In this document: piece after piece, positions 1 through 9,270 of the stretch
How the letters are laid out: the number at the start of each line of letters is the position of its first letter
How positions within the stretch are numbered: position 1 is the stretch's first letter
Assembly (NCBI GenBank): GCA_963755125.1
Contig: CAVWIP010000013.1
Span: forward strand, 1 to 64,000
Origin: an uncultured delta proteobacterium
GTDB lineage: Bacteria > Myxococcota_A > Polyangia > Fen-1088
Direction of reading: 5' to 3'
Length of the DNA: 64,000 nt
Translations under genes and position numbers: made by a program
Notes under the pieces: generated by a model
Seen by the model: only the letters and a program-made list of their open reading frames with translations
The model's database searches: none
What the model was told of the DNA's origin: nothing

Positions 1-2414
1 GGCGGCATGGGAATGCCACTGTCGGGAAGCAAACACGACGACAGGTCGAACATCATGAACTCCAGAGCCTTTTCCGGCCCGGACAGGTCGCGGGTGATGA
101 CACAGTTGCTGGGGAAAGTGCCTTTGGGGTCTGGGTCCGAAACCAGAGCGGTCGATACGTGCAGACCAGTAAACACGAAGCGTCCGCACTGGGCCGCGGC
201 TGGCTGACCAACCGGGGCATTGAAAGTGAAGTAGTGGACATAGGATGACGGCGTGCTCTGGTAGATCCACTGCTGCGAGATCCCCGCCAGGGTCGTGAGA
301 GCGGTCGATTTCACGTCGCTGCCCAACAGGATCGATCCTTGCGTCGTCGATGCACCGACTGCGACGAGCCACTGGCCAAAGGCCTGGCCCTTGGGGAAGG
401 ACATGTCGACCGGGACGGTAATGTTGGTGCCGAGCGAGCTGCTGCCGCCCGTGTCCCAGGTCGCCACCTCACCGAAGGGAGCATGGCCGTCGGGCGCGAT
501 GGAGCAGGGGTTAGCCGTGCCCCCGGCGACGCACGGGTATTTGGTGGTGTCCTTGAGCGGTGGGTACGACCGCAGCCAACCCCAGTGGTAGTGCTCGGCA
601 AAGGTGCGGCCCCCGCTGTTCACGTACTGAACCATGTTCAGCTTCATGGCGTCGCTGAGAATGTTGCCGCTTCCGTTCGGCGGGAAGTAGCCGTCGGCGT
701 CGGGAAGCAGCGGGGCCTTGTCTCCTTCGTAGCGCTCGTTGCTTCCGCCGCACGCCATGAGGATCACGTCGTACTTCATCATCGTATTGATGTCGCTCCA
801 CAGGACGTTGGCAGACGGCCAGAGTGTCCCGTTGTTGAATCCGATGTCATAGCCAGCCGTAGTACTCAGCGAGTAGTTGTCCTCGTAGATATTGATGGAG
901 CCAACTCCGTCCGGGTTGGTGAACTCCGCGGTATCGATGCCCATGCGGGTGAAAAGGCATTGCAGCCGGTCGGCGTCACCAGCGGTGATGGCCATCTTCG
1001 GGATGCTGCCTTCGCTTTTGTTGCGCGGCAGTCGCAGGCGCCGGTCCTGGCCAGTCGATATGTCCACAATGGCCGTGCTGGCGCACGGACTGACTTCAGA
1101 CGCCTGGATGGTGACCTGGCGCCGCCACTTGCCCACCTGCATGACCAGAGGGAAGTCCACGCCCACCGGAACGTTGTCCAACTCGAAATTACCACTCGAA
1201 TCCGTAAGTGCTGTGGTGATGGGCTTGCCCGACACCGACGCCGAGCAGGTGTCGCAAGAGGCGCCGGTCGGGATGTCGGCTAGCGGCGCATCCGGCACGT
1301 AAACGATGACGTCGTACAGCGGAACCTTGCCCGCCGGATCGTAGACGGTCCCGGTGATGCTGGTCGTGCCGCTGCTGCACTTGAGCTGCGCGGCACACAT
1401 CGAGCCACAACTCACGACGGGACAGACGTTGTTGGTGCAGGTTCCACTGCCCGGGCAGTCGCCGCAGTGGAGCGTCCCACCACACCCGTCGCCAATGTCG
1501 CCACAGTACTGCCCGCCTCCCGCGGTGGTACACGCGATGCGAACACAACTGGGTCCGCCGGTACACAGGCCCGTACTCGTGTCGCACACCCAGCCAGCCT
1601 GGAAGGCCGAACAGGTATCCCCGCAGTCGACCGTTCCGCCGCAACCATCGCCGACCTGGCCGCAGTACCTCGCATTCGGGCCTCCGTCACAGACGAGCCT
1701 CTGGCAGTCGGCCCCGCCCGCGCAGGAATTCGTGGCGGTGTTGCACACCCACCCCGGCTCGAGGCTGGCGCAGGTGTCGCCGCAGTCGATTCCGCGTCCG
1801 CAGCCGTCACCCACCGCTCCGCAATAGCGCGTCCCGGCCACGGGATCGCAGGTGGTGGGCGTGCAAACATCGGCACTGCCCACGCAGAGATTGCTCTCGC
1901 ACACCCAGCCGGTCTGGAGGCTGGCGCAGGTGTCACCGCAAGCGAGCGCGTGACCGCAGCCATCGGAAATGTTGCCGCAGTAGGAGCCGCTGGTCGTCCC
2001 GGTGGCGTACGTACACTGATAAGTGGGATTGCAGTCCGCCCCGCCGACGCACACGTTGTCGGTCAAATCGCAGGTCCATCCGGTGGGGCAGTTGTTGCCG
2101 CAATCGATCTGGCCATTGCAGCCATCACCGATCAGGCCGCAATACGAGCCGGCCGGGGTGTTGCATGCGGCGGGCGCAACTGTTGGAATGCAGGCGTCGC
2201 CCCCCGCGTCGGGGATAACCAGCAGGGCGCCTCCTGCGCCGGAACTGGCCCCTCCGCCCATGCCGCCGACGTTCCCGCCCCCGTCGTTCCCACCACACCC
2301 GCCGCCCATTGCCGTGACATTCGTCGAAGTGCAGGCTCCCTCCGGAGCCAGCAAGGGCACTAGGAGACTGACAATTGCAATGCTTGGTCTGGGTGCTAGC
2401 CGGGCCAATTTCAT
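1..2414 (-). CDS. Mirror copy of the Cys-rich lipoprotein at 5635-8163, 3' end outside the window
   Basis: Reverse complement of 5635-8048; ATG at 2414; no stop before base 1; differs by Thr/Ile and Ala/Val substitutions. Confidence 0.75.
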   Translation of the reverse strand, partial: MKLARLAPRPSIAIVSLLVPLLAPEGACTSTNVTAMGGGCGGNDGGGNVGGMGGGASSGAGGALLVIPDAGGDACIPTVAPAACNTPAGSYCGLIGDGCNGQIDCGNNCPTGWTCDLTDNVCVGGADCNPTYQCTYATGTTSGSYCGNISDGCGHALACGDTCASLQTGWVCESNLCVGSADVCTPTTCDPVAGTRYCGAVGDGCGRGIDCGDTCASLEPGWVCNTATNSCAGGADCQRLVCDGGPNARYCGQVGDGCGGTVDCGDTCSAFQAGWVCDTSTGLCTGGPSCVRIACTTAGGGQYCGDIGDGCGGTLHCGDCPGSGTCTNNVCPVVSCGSMCAAQLKCSSGTTSITGTVYDPAGKVPLYDVIVYVPDAPLADIPTGASCDTCSASVSGKPITTALTDSSGNFELDNVPVGVDFPLVMQVGKWRRQVTIQASEVSPCASTAIVDISTGQDRRLRLPRNKSEGSIPKMAITAGDADRLQCLFTRMGIDTAEFTNPDGVGSINIYEDNYSLSTTAGYDIGFNNGTLWPSANVLWSDINTMMKYDVILMACGGSNERYEGDKAPLLPDADGYFPPNGSGNILSDAMKLNMVQYVNSGGRTFAEHYHWGWLRSYPPLKDTTKYPCVAGGTANPCSIAPDGHAPFGEVATWDTGGSSSLGTNITVPVDMSFPKGQAFGQWLVAVGASTTQGSILLGSDVKSTALTTLAGISQQWIYQSTPSSYVHYFTFNAPVGQPAAAQCGRFVFTGLHVSTALVSDPDPKGTFPSNCVITRDLSGPEKALEFMMFDLSSCLLPDSGIPMP

Positions 2415-2559
2415 TTTCCCCTCGAGGCCGAGAGCGGCGTGGTTCGCGCTCGACTTGTGAGTAAGTCAGCTTAGCACCTAGCAGGGATGGCCGGGATGTT
2501 CACCTCCAGACCATGCAATTGCTGCGGTCAGTCTATAAACTGGGCAGTCTGGGGGAACG

Positions 2560-2596
2560 GTGAATTTTGCGAAAAATAGTGACTGCATCGGGCACT
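2560..2596 (+). promoter_or_regulatory. Conserved 37-bp upstream motif, copy 1 (duplicated at 3574, 4439-4475, 5453-5489)
   Basis: GTGAATTTTGCGAAAAATAGTGACTGCATCGGGCACT; 29/37 positions invariant with copies at 2840 and 13232-13268. Confidence 0.6.
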
Positions 2597-2839
2597 TAAC
2601 CAGCGTCGCGGAGTTCTATGACTACGAAGCGCTGGTTGCCTTTGCCGATAACGGTTGGCGACTCTCCCGGCACCCTCGCAGAGTTCGACAATGTTGTGAT
2701 CTCCACGCCCTAGTTCGTCGCAGTCATGGCCGCTCGCCGTGTTACCGGGTGCAGCAGGTTTGATTCGTTCGGCCCGCCGGGAGTCCCGAGTGACGCAATG
2801 GCTGCGCAAGAGTCATGGTCTCGGCAGCCTGTGGCTAGG

Positions 2840-2876
2840 GTGAATCTCGCGAAAAGAAGTGACTGCATCGGGCACT
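2840..2876 (+). promoter_or_regulatory. Conserved 37-bp upstream motif, copy 2, 43 nt before the leader B ATG (duplicated at 3854, 4159-4195, 5173-5209)
   Basis: GTGAATCTCGCGAAAAGAAGTGACTGCATCGGGCACT. Confidence 0.6.
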
Positions 2877-2919
2877 CATGACCGAGCAGCGAGACGCGGG
2901 TGTCGCCCTGAAGAAGAAC

Positions 2920-3474
2920 ATGAAACCTGCCCAGTCGATGTCCAGACCTAAGATCCTATCTGTCGGTCTGCTCGCCTTCGCACCTCTGATGGTTGCCGGT
3001 GGTGCCTGCAGTCAGGCGAACGTCGCGGCAAGCGCCGGGGGAAGCGGCGGGAGCGCGAGCATGGACGCCAGTTCCGGCGCAGGAGGCGCCCTGCTGGTTA
3101 TCCCCGACGCGGGGGGCGACGCCTGCATTCCAACAGTTGCGCCCGCCGCATGCAACACCCCGGCCGGCTCGTATTGCGGCCTGATCGGTGATGGCTGCAA
3201 TGGCCAGATCGATTGCGGCAACAACTGCCCCACCGGATGGACCTGCGATTTGACCGACAACGTGTGCGTCGCCATGCCGCCGACGTTCCCGCCCCCGTCG
3301 TTCCCACCACACCCGCCGCCCATTGCCGTGACATTCGTTGAAGTGCAGGCTCCCTCCGGAGCCAGCAAGGGCACTAGGAGACTGACAATTGCAATGCTTG
3401 GTCTGGGTGCTAGCCGGGCCAATTTCATTTTCCCCTCGAGGCCGAGAGCGGCGTGGTTCGCGCTCGACTTGTGA
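2920..3474 (+). pseudogene. Truncated lipoprotein gene: leader B plus first 68 codons of the shared Cys-rich body, then read-through into antisense of leader A
   Basis: GAAGAAG-AAC-ATG at 2920; MKPAQSMSRPKILSVGLLAFAPLMVAGGAC; body identity ends at junction 3271/3272. Confidence 0.7.
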
Positions 3475-4574
3475 GTAAGTCAGCTTAGCACCTAGCAGGG
3501 ATGGCCGGGATGTTCACCTCCAGACCATGCAATTGCTGCGGTCAGTCTATAAACTGGGCAGTCTGGGGGAACGGTGAATTTTGCGAAAAATAGTGACTGC
3601 ATCGGGCACTTAACCAGCGTCGCGGAGTTCTATGACTACGAAGCGCTGGTTGCCTTTGCCGATAACGGTTGGCGACTCTCCCGGCACCCTCGCAGAGTTC
3701 GACAATGTTGTGATCTCCACGCCCTAGTTCGTCGCAGTCATGGCCGCTCGCCGTGTTACCGGGTGCAGCAGGTTTGATTCGTTCGGCCCGCCGGGAGTCC
3801 CGAGTGACGCAATGGCTGCGCAAGAGTCATGGTCTCGGCAGCCTGTGGCTAGGGTGAATCTCGCGAAAAGAAGTGACTGCATCGGGCACTCATGACCGAG
3901 CAGCGAGACGCGGGTGTCGCCCTGAAGAAGAACATGAAACCTGCCCAGTCGATGTCCAGACCTAAGATCCTATCTGTCGGTCTGCTCGCCTTCGCACCTC
4001 TGATGGTTGCCGGTGGTGCCTGACTGCAGGCACCACCGGCAACCATCAGAGGTGCGAAGGCGAGCAGACCGACAGATAGGATCTTAGGTCTGGACATCGA
4101 CTGGGCAGGTTTCATGTTCTTCTTCAGGGCGACACCCGCGTCTCGCTGCTCGGTCATGAGTGCCCGATGCAGTCACTTCTTTTCGCGAGATTCACCCTAG
4201 CCACAGGCTGCCGAGACCATGACTCTTGCGCAGCCATTGCGTCACTCGGGACTCCCGGCGGGCCGAACGAATCAAACCTGCTGCACCCGGTAACACGGCG
4301 AGCGGCCATGACTGCGACGAACTAGGGCGTGGAGATCACAACATTGTCGAACTCTGCGAGGGTGCCGGGAGAGTCGCCAACCGTTATCGGCAAAGGCAAC
4401 CAGCGCTTCGTAGTCATAGAACTCCGCGACGCTGGTTAAGTGCCCGATGCAGTCACTATTTTTCGCAAAATTCACCGTTCCCCCAGACTGCCCAGTTTAT
4501 AGACTGACCGCAGCAATTGCATGGTCTGGAGGTGAACATCCCGGCCATCCCTGCTAGGTGCTAAGCTGACTTAC

Positions 4575-5129
4575 TCACAAGTCGAGCGCGAACCACGCCG
4601 CTCTCGGCCTCGAGGGGAAAATGAAATTGGCCCGGCTAGCACCCAGACCAAGCATTGCAATTGTCAGTCTCCTAGTGCCCTTGCTGGCTCCGGAGGGAGC
4701 CTGCACTTCGACGAATGTCACGGCAATGGGCGGCGGGTGTGGTGGGAACGACGGGGGCGGGAACGTCGGCGGCATGGCGACGCACACGTTGTCGGTCAAA
4801 TCGCAGGTCCATCCGGTGGGGCAGTTGTTGCCGCAATCGATCTGGCCATTGCAGCCATCACCGATCAGGCCGCAATACGAGCCGGCCGGGGTGTTGCATG
4901 CGGCGGGCGCAACTGTTGGAATGCAGGCGTCGCCCCCCGCGTCGGGGATAACCAGCAGGGCGCCTCCTGCGCCGGAACTGGCGTCCATGCTCGCGCTCCC
5001 GCCGCTTCCCCCGGCGCTTGCCGCGACGTTCGCCTGACTGCAGGCACCACCGGCAACCATCAGAGGTGCGAAGGCGAGCAGACCGACAGATAGGATCTTA
5101 GGTCTGGACATCGACTGGGCAGGTTTCAT
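4575..5129 (-). pseudogene. Mirror copy of the truncated leader B lipoprotein gene
   Basis: Reverse complement of 2920-3474. Confidence 0.7.
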
Positions 5130-5634
5130 GTTCTTCTTCAGGGCGACACCCGCGTCTCGCTGCTCGGTCATGAGTGCCCGATGCAGTCACTTCTTTTCGC
5201 GAGATTCACCCTAGCCACAGGCTGCCGAGACCATGACTCTTGCGCAGCCATTGCGTCACTCGGGACTCCCGGCGGGCCGAACGAATCAAACCTGCTGCAC
5301 CCGGTAACACGGCGAGCGGCCATGACTGCGACGAACTAGGGCGTGGAGATCACAACATTGTCGAACTCTGCGAGGGTGCCGGGAGAGTCGCCAACCGTTA
5401 TCGGCAAAGGCAACCAGCGCTTCGTAGTCATAGAACTCCGCGACGCTGGTTAAGTGCCCGATGCAGTCACTATTTTTCGCAAAATTCACCGTTCCCCCAG
5501 ACTGCCCAGTTTATAGACTGACCGCAGCAATTGCATGGTCTGGAGGTGAACATCCCGGCCATCCCTGCTAGGTGCTAAGCTGACTTACTCACAAGTCGAG
5601 CGCGAACCACGCCGCTCTCGGCCTCGAGGGGAAA

Positions 5635-8163
5635 ATGAAATTGGCCCGGCTAGCACCCAGACCAAGCATTGCAATTGTCAGTCTCCTAGTGCCCTTGCTG
5701 GCTCCGGAGGGAGCCTGCACTTCGACGAATGTCACGGCAATGGGCGGCGGGTGTGGTGGGAACGACGGGGGCGGGAACGTCGGCGGCATGGGCGGAGGGG
5801 CCAGTTCCGGCGCAGGAGGCGCCCTGCTGGTTATCCCCGACGCGGGGGGCGACGCCTGCATTCCAACAGTTGCGCCCGCCGCATGCAACACCCCGGCCGG
5901 CTCGTATTGCGGCCTGATCGGTGATGGCTGCAATGGCCAGATCGATTGCGGCAACAACTGCCCCACCGGATGGACCTGCGATTTGACCGACAACGTGTGC
6001 GTCGGCGGGGCGGACTGCAATCCCACTTATCAGTGTACGTACGCCACCGGGACGACCAGCGGCTCCTACTGCGGCAACATTTCCGATGGCTGCGGTCACG
6101 CGCTCGCTTGCGGTGACACCTGCGCCAGCCTCCAGACCGGCTGGGTGTGCGAGAGCAATCTCTGCGTGGGCAGTGCCGATGTTTGCACGCCCACCACCTG
6201 CGATCCCGTGGCCGGGACGCGCTATTGCGGAGCGGTGGGTGACGGCTGCGGACGCGGAATCGACTGCGGCGACATCTGCGCCAGCCTCGAGCCGGGGTGG
6301 GTGTGCAACACCGCCACGAATTCCTGCGTGGGCGGGGCCGACTGCCAGAGGCTCGTCTGTGACGGAGGCCCGAATGCGAGGTACTGCGGCCAGGTCGGCG
6401 ATGGTTGTGGCGGAACGGTTGACTGCGGGGATACCTGTTCGGCCTTCCAGGCTGGCTGGGTGTGCGACACGAGTACGGGCCTGTGTACCGGCGGACCCAG
6501 TTGTGTTCGCATCGCGTGTACCACCGCGGGAGGCGGGCAGTACTGTGGCGACATTGGCGACGGGTGTGGTGGGACGCTCCACTGCGGCGACTGCCCGGGC
6601 AGTGGAACCTGCACCAACAACGTCTGTCCCGTCGTGAGTTGTGGCTCGATGTGTGCCGCGCAGCTCAAGTGCAGCAGCGGCACGACCAGCATCACCGGGA
6701 CCGTCTACGATCCGGCGGGCAAGGTTCCGCTGTACGACGTCATCGTTTACGTGCCGGATGCGCCGCTAGCCGACATCCCGACCGGCGCCTCTTGCGACAC
6801 CTGCTCGGCGTCGGTGTCGGGCAAGCCCATCACCACAGCACTTACGGATTCGAGTGGTAATTTCGAGTTGGACAACGTTCCGGTGGGCGTGGACTTCCCT
6901 CTGGTCATGCAGGTGGGCAAGTGGCGGCGCCAGGTCACCATCCAGGCGTCTGAAGTCAGTCCGTGCGCCAGCACGGCCATTGTGGACATATCGACTGGCC
7001 AGGACCGGCGCCTGCGACTGCCGCGCAACAAAAGCGAAGGCAGCATCCCGAAGATGGCCATCACCGCTGGTGACGCCGACCGGCTGCAATGCCTTTTCAC
7101 CCGCATGGGCATCGATACCGCGGAGTTCACCAACCCGGACGGAGTTGGCTCCATCAATATCTACGAGGACAACTACTCGCTGAGTACTACGGCTGGCTAT
7201 GACATCGGATTCAACAACGGGACACTCTGGCCGTCTGCCAACGTCCTGTGGAGCGACATCAATACGATGATGAAGTACGACGTGATCCTCATGGCGTGCG
7301 GCGGAAGCAACGAGCGCTACGAAGGAGACAAGGCCCCGCTGCTTCCCGACGCCGACGGCTACTTCCCGCCGAACGGAAGCGGCAACATTCTCAGCGACGC
7401 CATGAAGCTGAACATGGTTCAGTACGTGAACAGCGGGGGCCGCACCTTTGCCGAGCACTACCACTGGGGTTGGCTGCGGTCGTACCCACCGCTCAAGGAC
7501 ACCACCAAATACCCGTGCGTCGCCGGGGGCACGGCTAACCCCTGCTCCATCGCGCCCGACGGCCATGCTCCCTTCGGTGAGGTGGCGACCTGGGACACGG
7601 GCGGCAGCAGCTCGCTCGGCACCAACATTACCGTCCCGGTCGACATGTCCTTCCCCAAGGGCCAGGCCTTTGGCCAGTGGCTCGTCGCAGTCGGTGCATC
7701 GACGACGCAAGGATCGATCCTGTTGGGCAGCGACGTGAAATCGACCGCTCTCACGACCCTGGCGGGGATCTCGCAGCAGTGGATCTACCAGAGCACGCCG
7801 TCATCCTATGTCCACTACTTCACTTTCAATGCCCCGGTTGGTCAGCCAGCCGCGGCCCAGTGCGGACGCTTCGTGTTTACTGGTCTGCACGTATCGACCG
7901 CTCTGGTTTCGGACCCAGACCCCAAAGGCACTTTCCCCAGCAACTGTGTCATCACCCGCGACCTGTCCGGGCCGGAAAAGGCTCTGGAGTTCATGATGTT
8001 CGACCTGTCGTCGTGTTTGCTTCCCGACAGTGGCATTCCCATGCCGCCGCCGGTCGGGGGAAGCTCCGCCCCGCCCACGCCGCCAACCGCCGGCGGGGCT
8101 CCACCTTCACCACCCCCGCCGCCTCCACCGCCTGCCCCGGCGCCACCGCAGCGGATCCCCTAG
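5635..8163 (+). CDS. Cys-rich repeat putative lipoprotein with carboxypeptidase-regulatory-like (Ig-like) domain, myxobacterial family of unknown function
   Basis: 842 aa; GAGGGG RBS; signal ending EGAC; five YCGxxxDGCxxxxxCGxxC-type repeats; ITGTVYDPAGKVPLY...TDSSGNFELDNVP...VGKWRRQVTI; Pro-rich tail. Confidence 0.85.
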   Translation: MKLARLAPRPSIAIVSLLVPLLAPEGACTSTNVTAMGGGCGGNDGGGNVGGMGGGASSGAGGALLVIPDAGGDACIPTVAPAACNTPAGSYCGLIGDGCNGQIDCGNNCPTGWTCDLTDNVCVGGADCNPTYQCTYATGTTSGSYCGNISDGCGHALACGDTCASLQTGWVCESNLCVGSADVCTPTTCDPVAGTRYCGAVGDGCGRGIDCGDICASLEPGWVCNTATNSCVGGADCQRLVCDGGPNARYCGQVGDGCGGTVDCGDTCSAFQAGWVCDTSTGLCTGGPSCVRIACTTAGGGQYCGDIGDGCGGTLHCGDCPGSGTCTNNVCPVVSCGSMCAAQLKCSSGTTSITGTVYDPAGKVPLYDVIVYVPDAPLADIPTGASCDTCSASVSGKPITTALTDSSGNFELDNVPVGVDFPLVMQVGKWRRQVTIQASEVSPCASTAIVDISTGQDRRLRLPRNKSEGSIPKMAITAGDADRLQCLFTRMGIDTAEFTNPDGVGSINIYEDNYSLSTTAGYDIGFNNGTLWPSANVLWSDINTMMKYDVILMACGGSNERYEGDKAPLLPDADGYFPPNGSGNILSDAMKLNMVQYVNSGGRTFAEHYHWGWLRSYPPLKDTTKYPCVAGGTANPCSIAPDGHAPFGEVATWDTGGSSSLGTNITVPVDMSFPKGQAFGQWLVAVGASTTQGSILLGSDVKSTALTTLAGISQQWIYQSTPSSYVHYFTFNAPVGQPAAAQCGRFVFTGLHVSTALVSDPDPKGTFPSNCVITRDLSGPEKALEFMMFDLSSCLLPDSGIPMPPPVGGSSAPPTPPTAGGAPPSPPPPPPPPAPAPPQRIP

Positions 8164-8235
8164 CGAAGTTTCGCCTCAGACCACCCAGGTGACGAAAGCC
8201 GACGACCGCTTGCCAGGTGCCGGCTGCGGAGTCGG

Positions 8236-9270
8236 TTACGGCGTGGTCTTCGGCCGTGCCCGCAAGCGCGCCGTGACCTCCAAGCCCTTCTTGGCGCTCT
8301 CGCGTACAGCCGGTGCTCCGTCGTGTTCGGCGCTGCGGAAGCGTTGCTCAGCGGCGGACAATTCATGCGATTCGAGCAAGGACCAGCCGAGCATGGCAGA
8401 CACTTCACCCGCCCGGGGAGACCCCGGGGAGCGACGCAAGAACTCCTCCATGGCCTGGCGGGCTCTAGAAACCGAGCCCTGGCGCGCCAGTGCAACGGCC
8501 TCCCAGTATCGCGCATCCTCCGCGAGGGCCGCGGTTGGTGCAGCTTCCACCGCACGCCTCATGGCGGCGGCTGCACGCGGATAGTCAAATGCATGAAAGG
8601 CCTGCCAGCCCTCCGAGAACGCCACTTCCGCCGGGCTTGGCACGTGCGTGGAATTCGGTGAGTGCCCTTCTGGCGACACTGAAGCCAGTGCCTCTGGTGA
8701 CCGTCGACTCGCCGCTGGGCGGACCGAGGATGTCGCGTGGATACGCGGGGTCAGCGATCCGGCCGAGACCACAGCGCTGGGCTCAGTTGGCGCGCCCGAG
8801 GGAGCGAAGGACGTTCCCCTCTCGGGCGCGGAGACGCTCTCGGCCTTTGCTTGTGGGTCAGATGAAGCCTTTGCGCGTGGCCTGCCAAGATCTCGATCGG
8901 CGGCGGCCGGGATTTCCTCTCTCTGCTTGTGCCACCATGGGATCGCCACTGAGCCCACAGCTGCCAGCACGCCAGCCGCGCCTAGGCCCACGATCACATA
9001 CACGGCGGCCTGAGCCCACCGCGGCGAGACACGCCGACCTGGGCTTTGGGTCGCCGCGATCACAAGCGCGTCGCGCATTTGCTGTCTCCGCGCGGCCTCG
9101 GGTGCCCTGGTCGGAAGCTGGCGGATCGCCTCGGCGAGGCTCCTGGTTGCGGCCCACTGCGACTGACAGTAGACGCACTCGTTCAGATGTTGTCGGAGCA
9201 CCGGGACATCGTCCGGAGACACCGAGCGGCCGATTTCGACGAAACGGGGGCACGAGGCGCGCTCGTTCAT
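8236..9270 (-). CDS. Putative anti-sigma factor: ZAS zinc finger, TM helix, C-terminal TPR-like domain
   Basis: HLNECVYC (HxxxCxxC); hydrophobic span; LAEDARYWEAVAL TPR-like helices; ATGA overlap with ECF sigma. Confidence 0.75.
   Translation of the reverse strand: MNERASCPRFVEIGRSVSPDDVPVLRQHLNECVYCQSQWAATRSLAEAIRQLPTRAPEAARRQQMRDALVIAATQSPGRRVSPRWAQAAVYVIVGLGAAGVLAAVGSVAIPWWHKQREEIPAAADRDLGRPRAKASSDPQAKAESVSAPERGTSFAPSGAPTEPSAVVSAGSLTPRIHATSSVRPAASRRSPEALASVSPEGHSPNSTHVPSPAEVAFSEGWQAFHAFDYPRAAAAMRRAVEAAPTAALAEDARYWEAVALARQGSVSRARQAMEEFLRRSPGSPRAGEVSAMLGWSLLESHELSAAEQRFRSAEHDGAPAVRESAKKGLEVTARLRARPKTTP

Larger units (their letters stand above)
2045..3271. repeat. 205-bp inverted repeats (2045-2249 and 3067-3271) flanking an 817-bp two-leader cassette (2250-3066); mirrored at 4778-6004
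   Basis: 3067-3271 (GCCAGTTCCGGCGCAGG...CGTGTGCGTCG) equals 5800-6004, which is the reverse complement of 2045-2249. Confidence 0.92.
2258..4022. repeat. Tandem direct repeat with 1014-bp period (2258-3008 repeated at 3272-4022); mirrored at 4027-5791
   Basis: Identical ORFs at 2528..2809/3542..3823 and 2560..2763/3574..3777, offset 1014. Confidence 0.93.
1..8048. repeat. Giant inverted repeat (palindrome), arms 1-4022 and 4027-8048, loop ACTG at 4023-4026; left arm runs off the window
   Basis: Mirror ORF pairs sum to 8049 (e.g. 53..241/7808..7996, 339..1283/6766..7710, 2878..3474/4575..5171); centre reads GGTGGTGCCTG-ACTG-CAGGCACCACC; five arm mismatches noticed. Confidence 0.97.

Noticed and set aside
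2528..2809. 93-aa and 67-aa ORFs repeated four times
   Set aside because: Repetition only reflects the duplication; no recognisable motifs, and the 67-aa ORF starts inside the regulatory motif
4020..4030. Hairpin telomere / protelomerase site
   Set aside because: Centre lies in a signal-peptide coding region at a generic micro-hairpin; no telomere resolvase in the window
3849..4157. 102-aa ORF across the palindrome centre
   Set aside because: Chimera of leader B and its own antisense produced by the fold-back
2560..5489. Repeated 37-bp motif as a CRISPR array
   Set aside because: Spacing of 280 bp or more, spacers not unique (they are products of the duplication), no cas genes
5800..6640. 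Diversity-generating retroelement template/variable repeat
   Set aside because: Differences are C/T rather than adenine-specific and no reverse transcriptase is present
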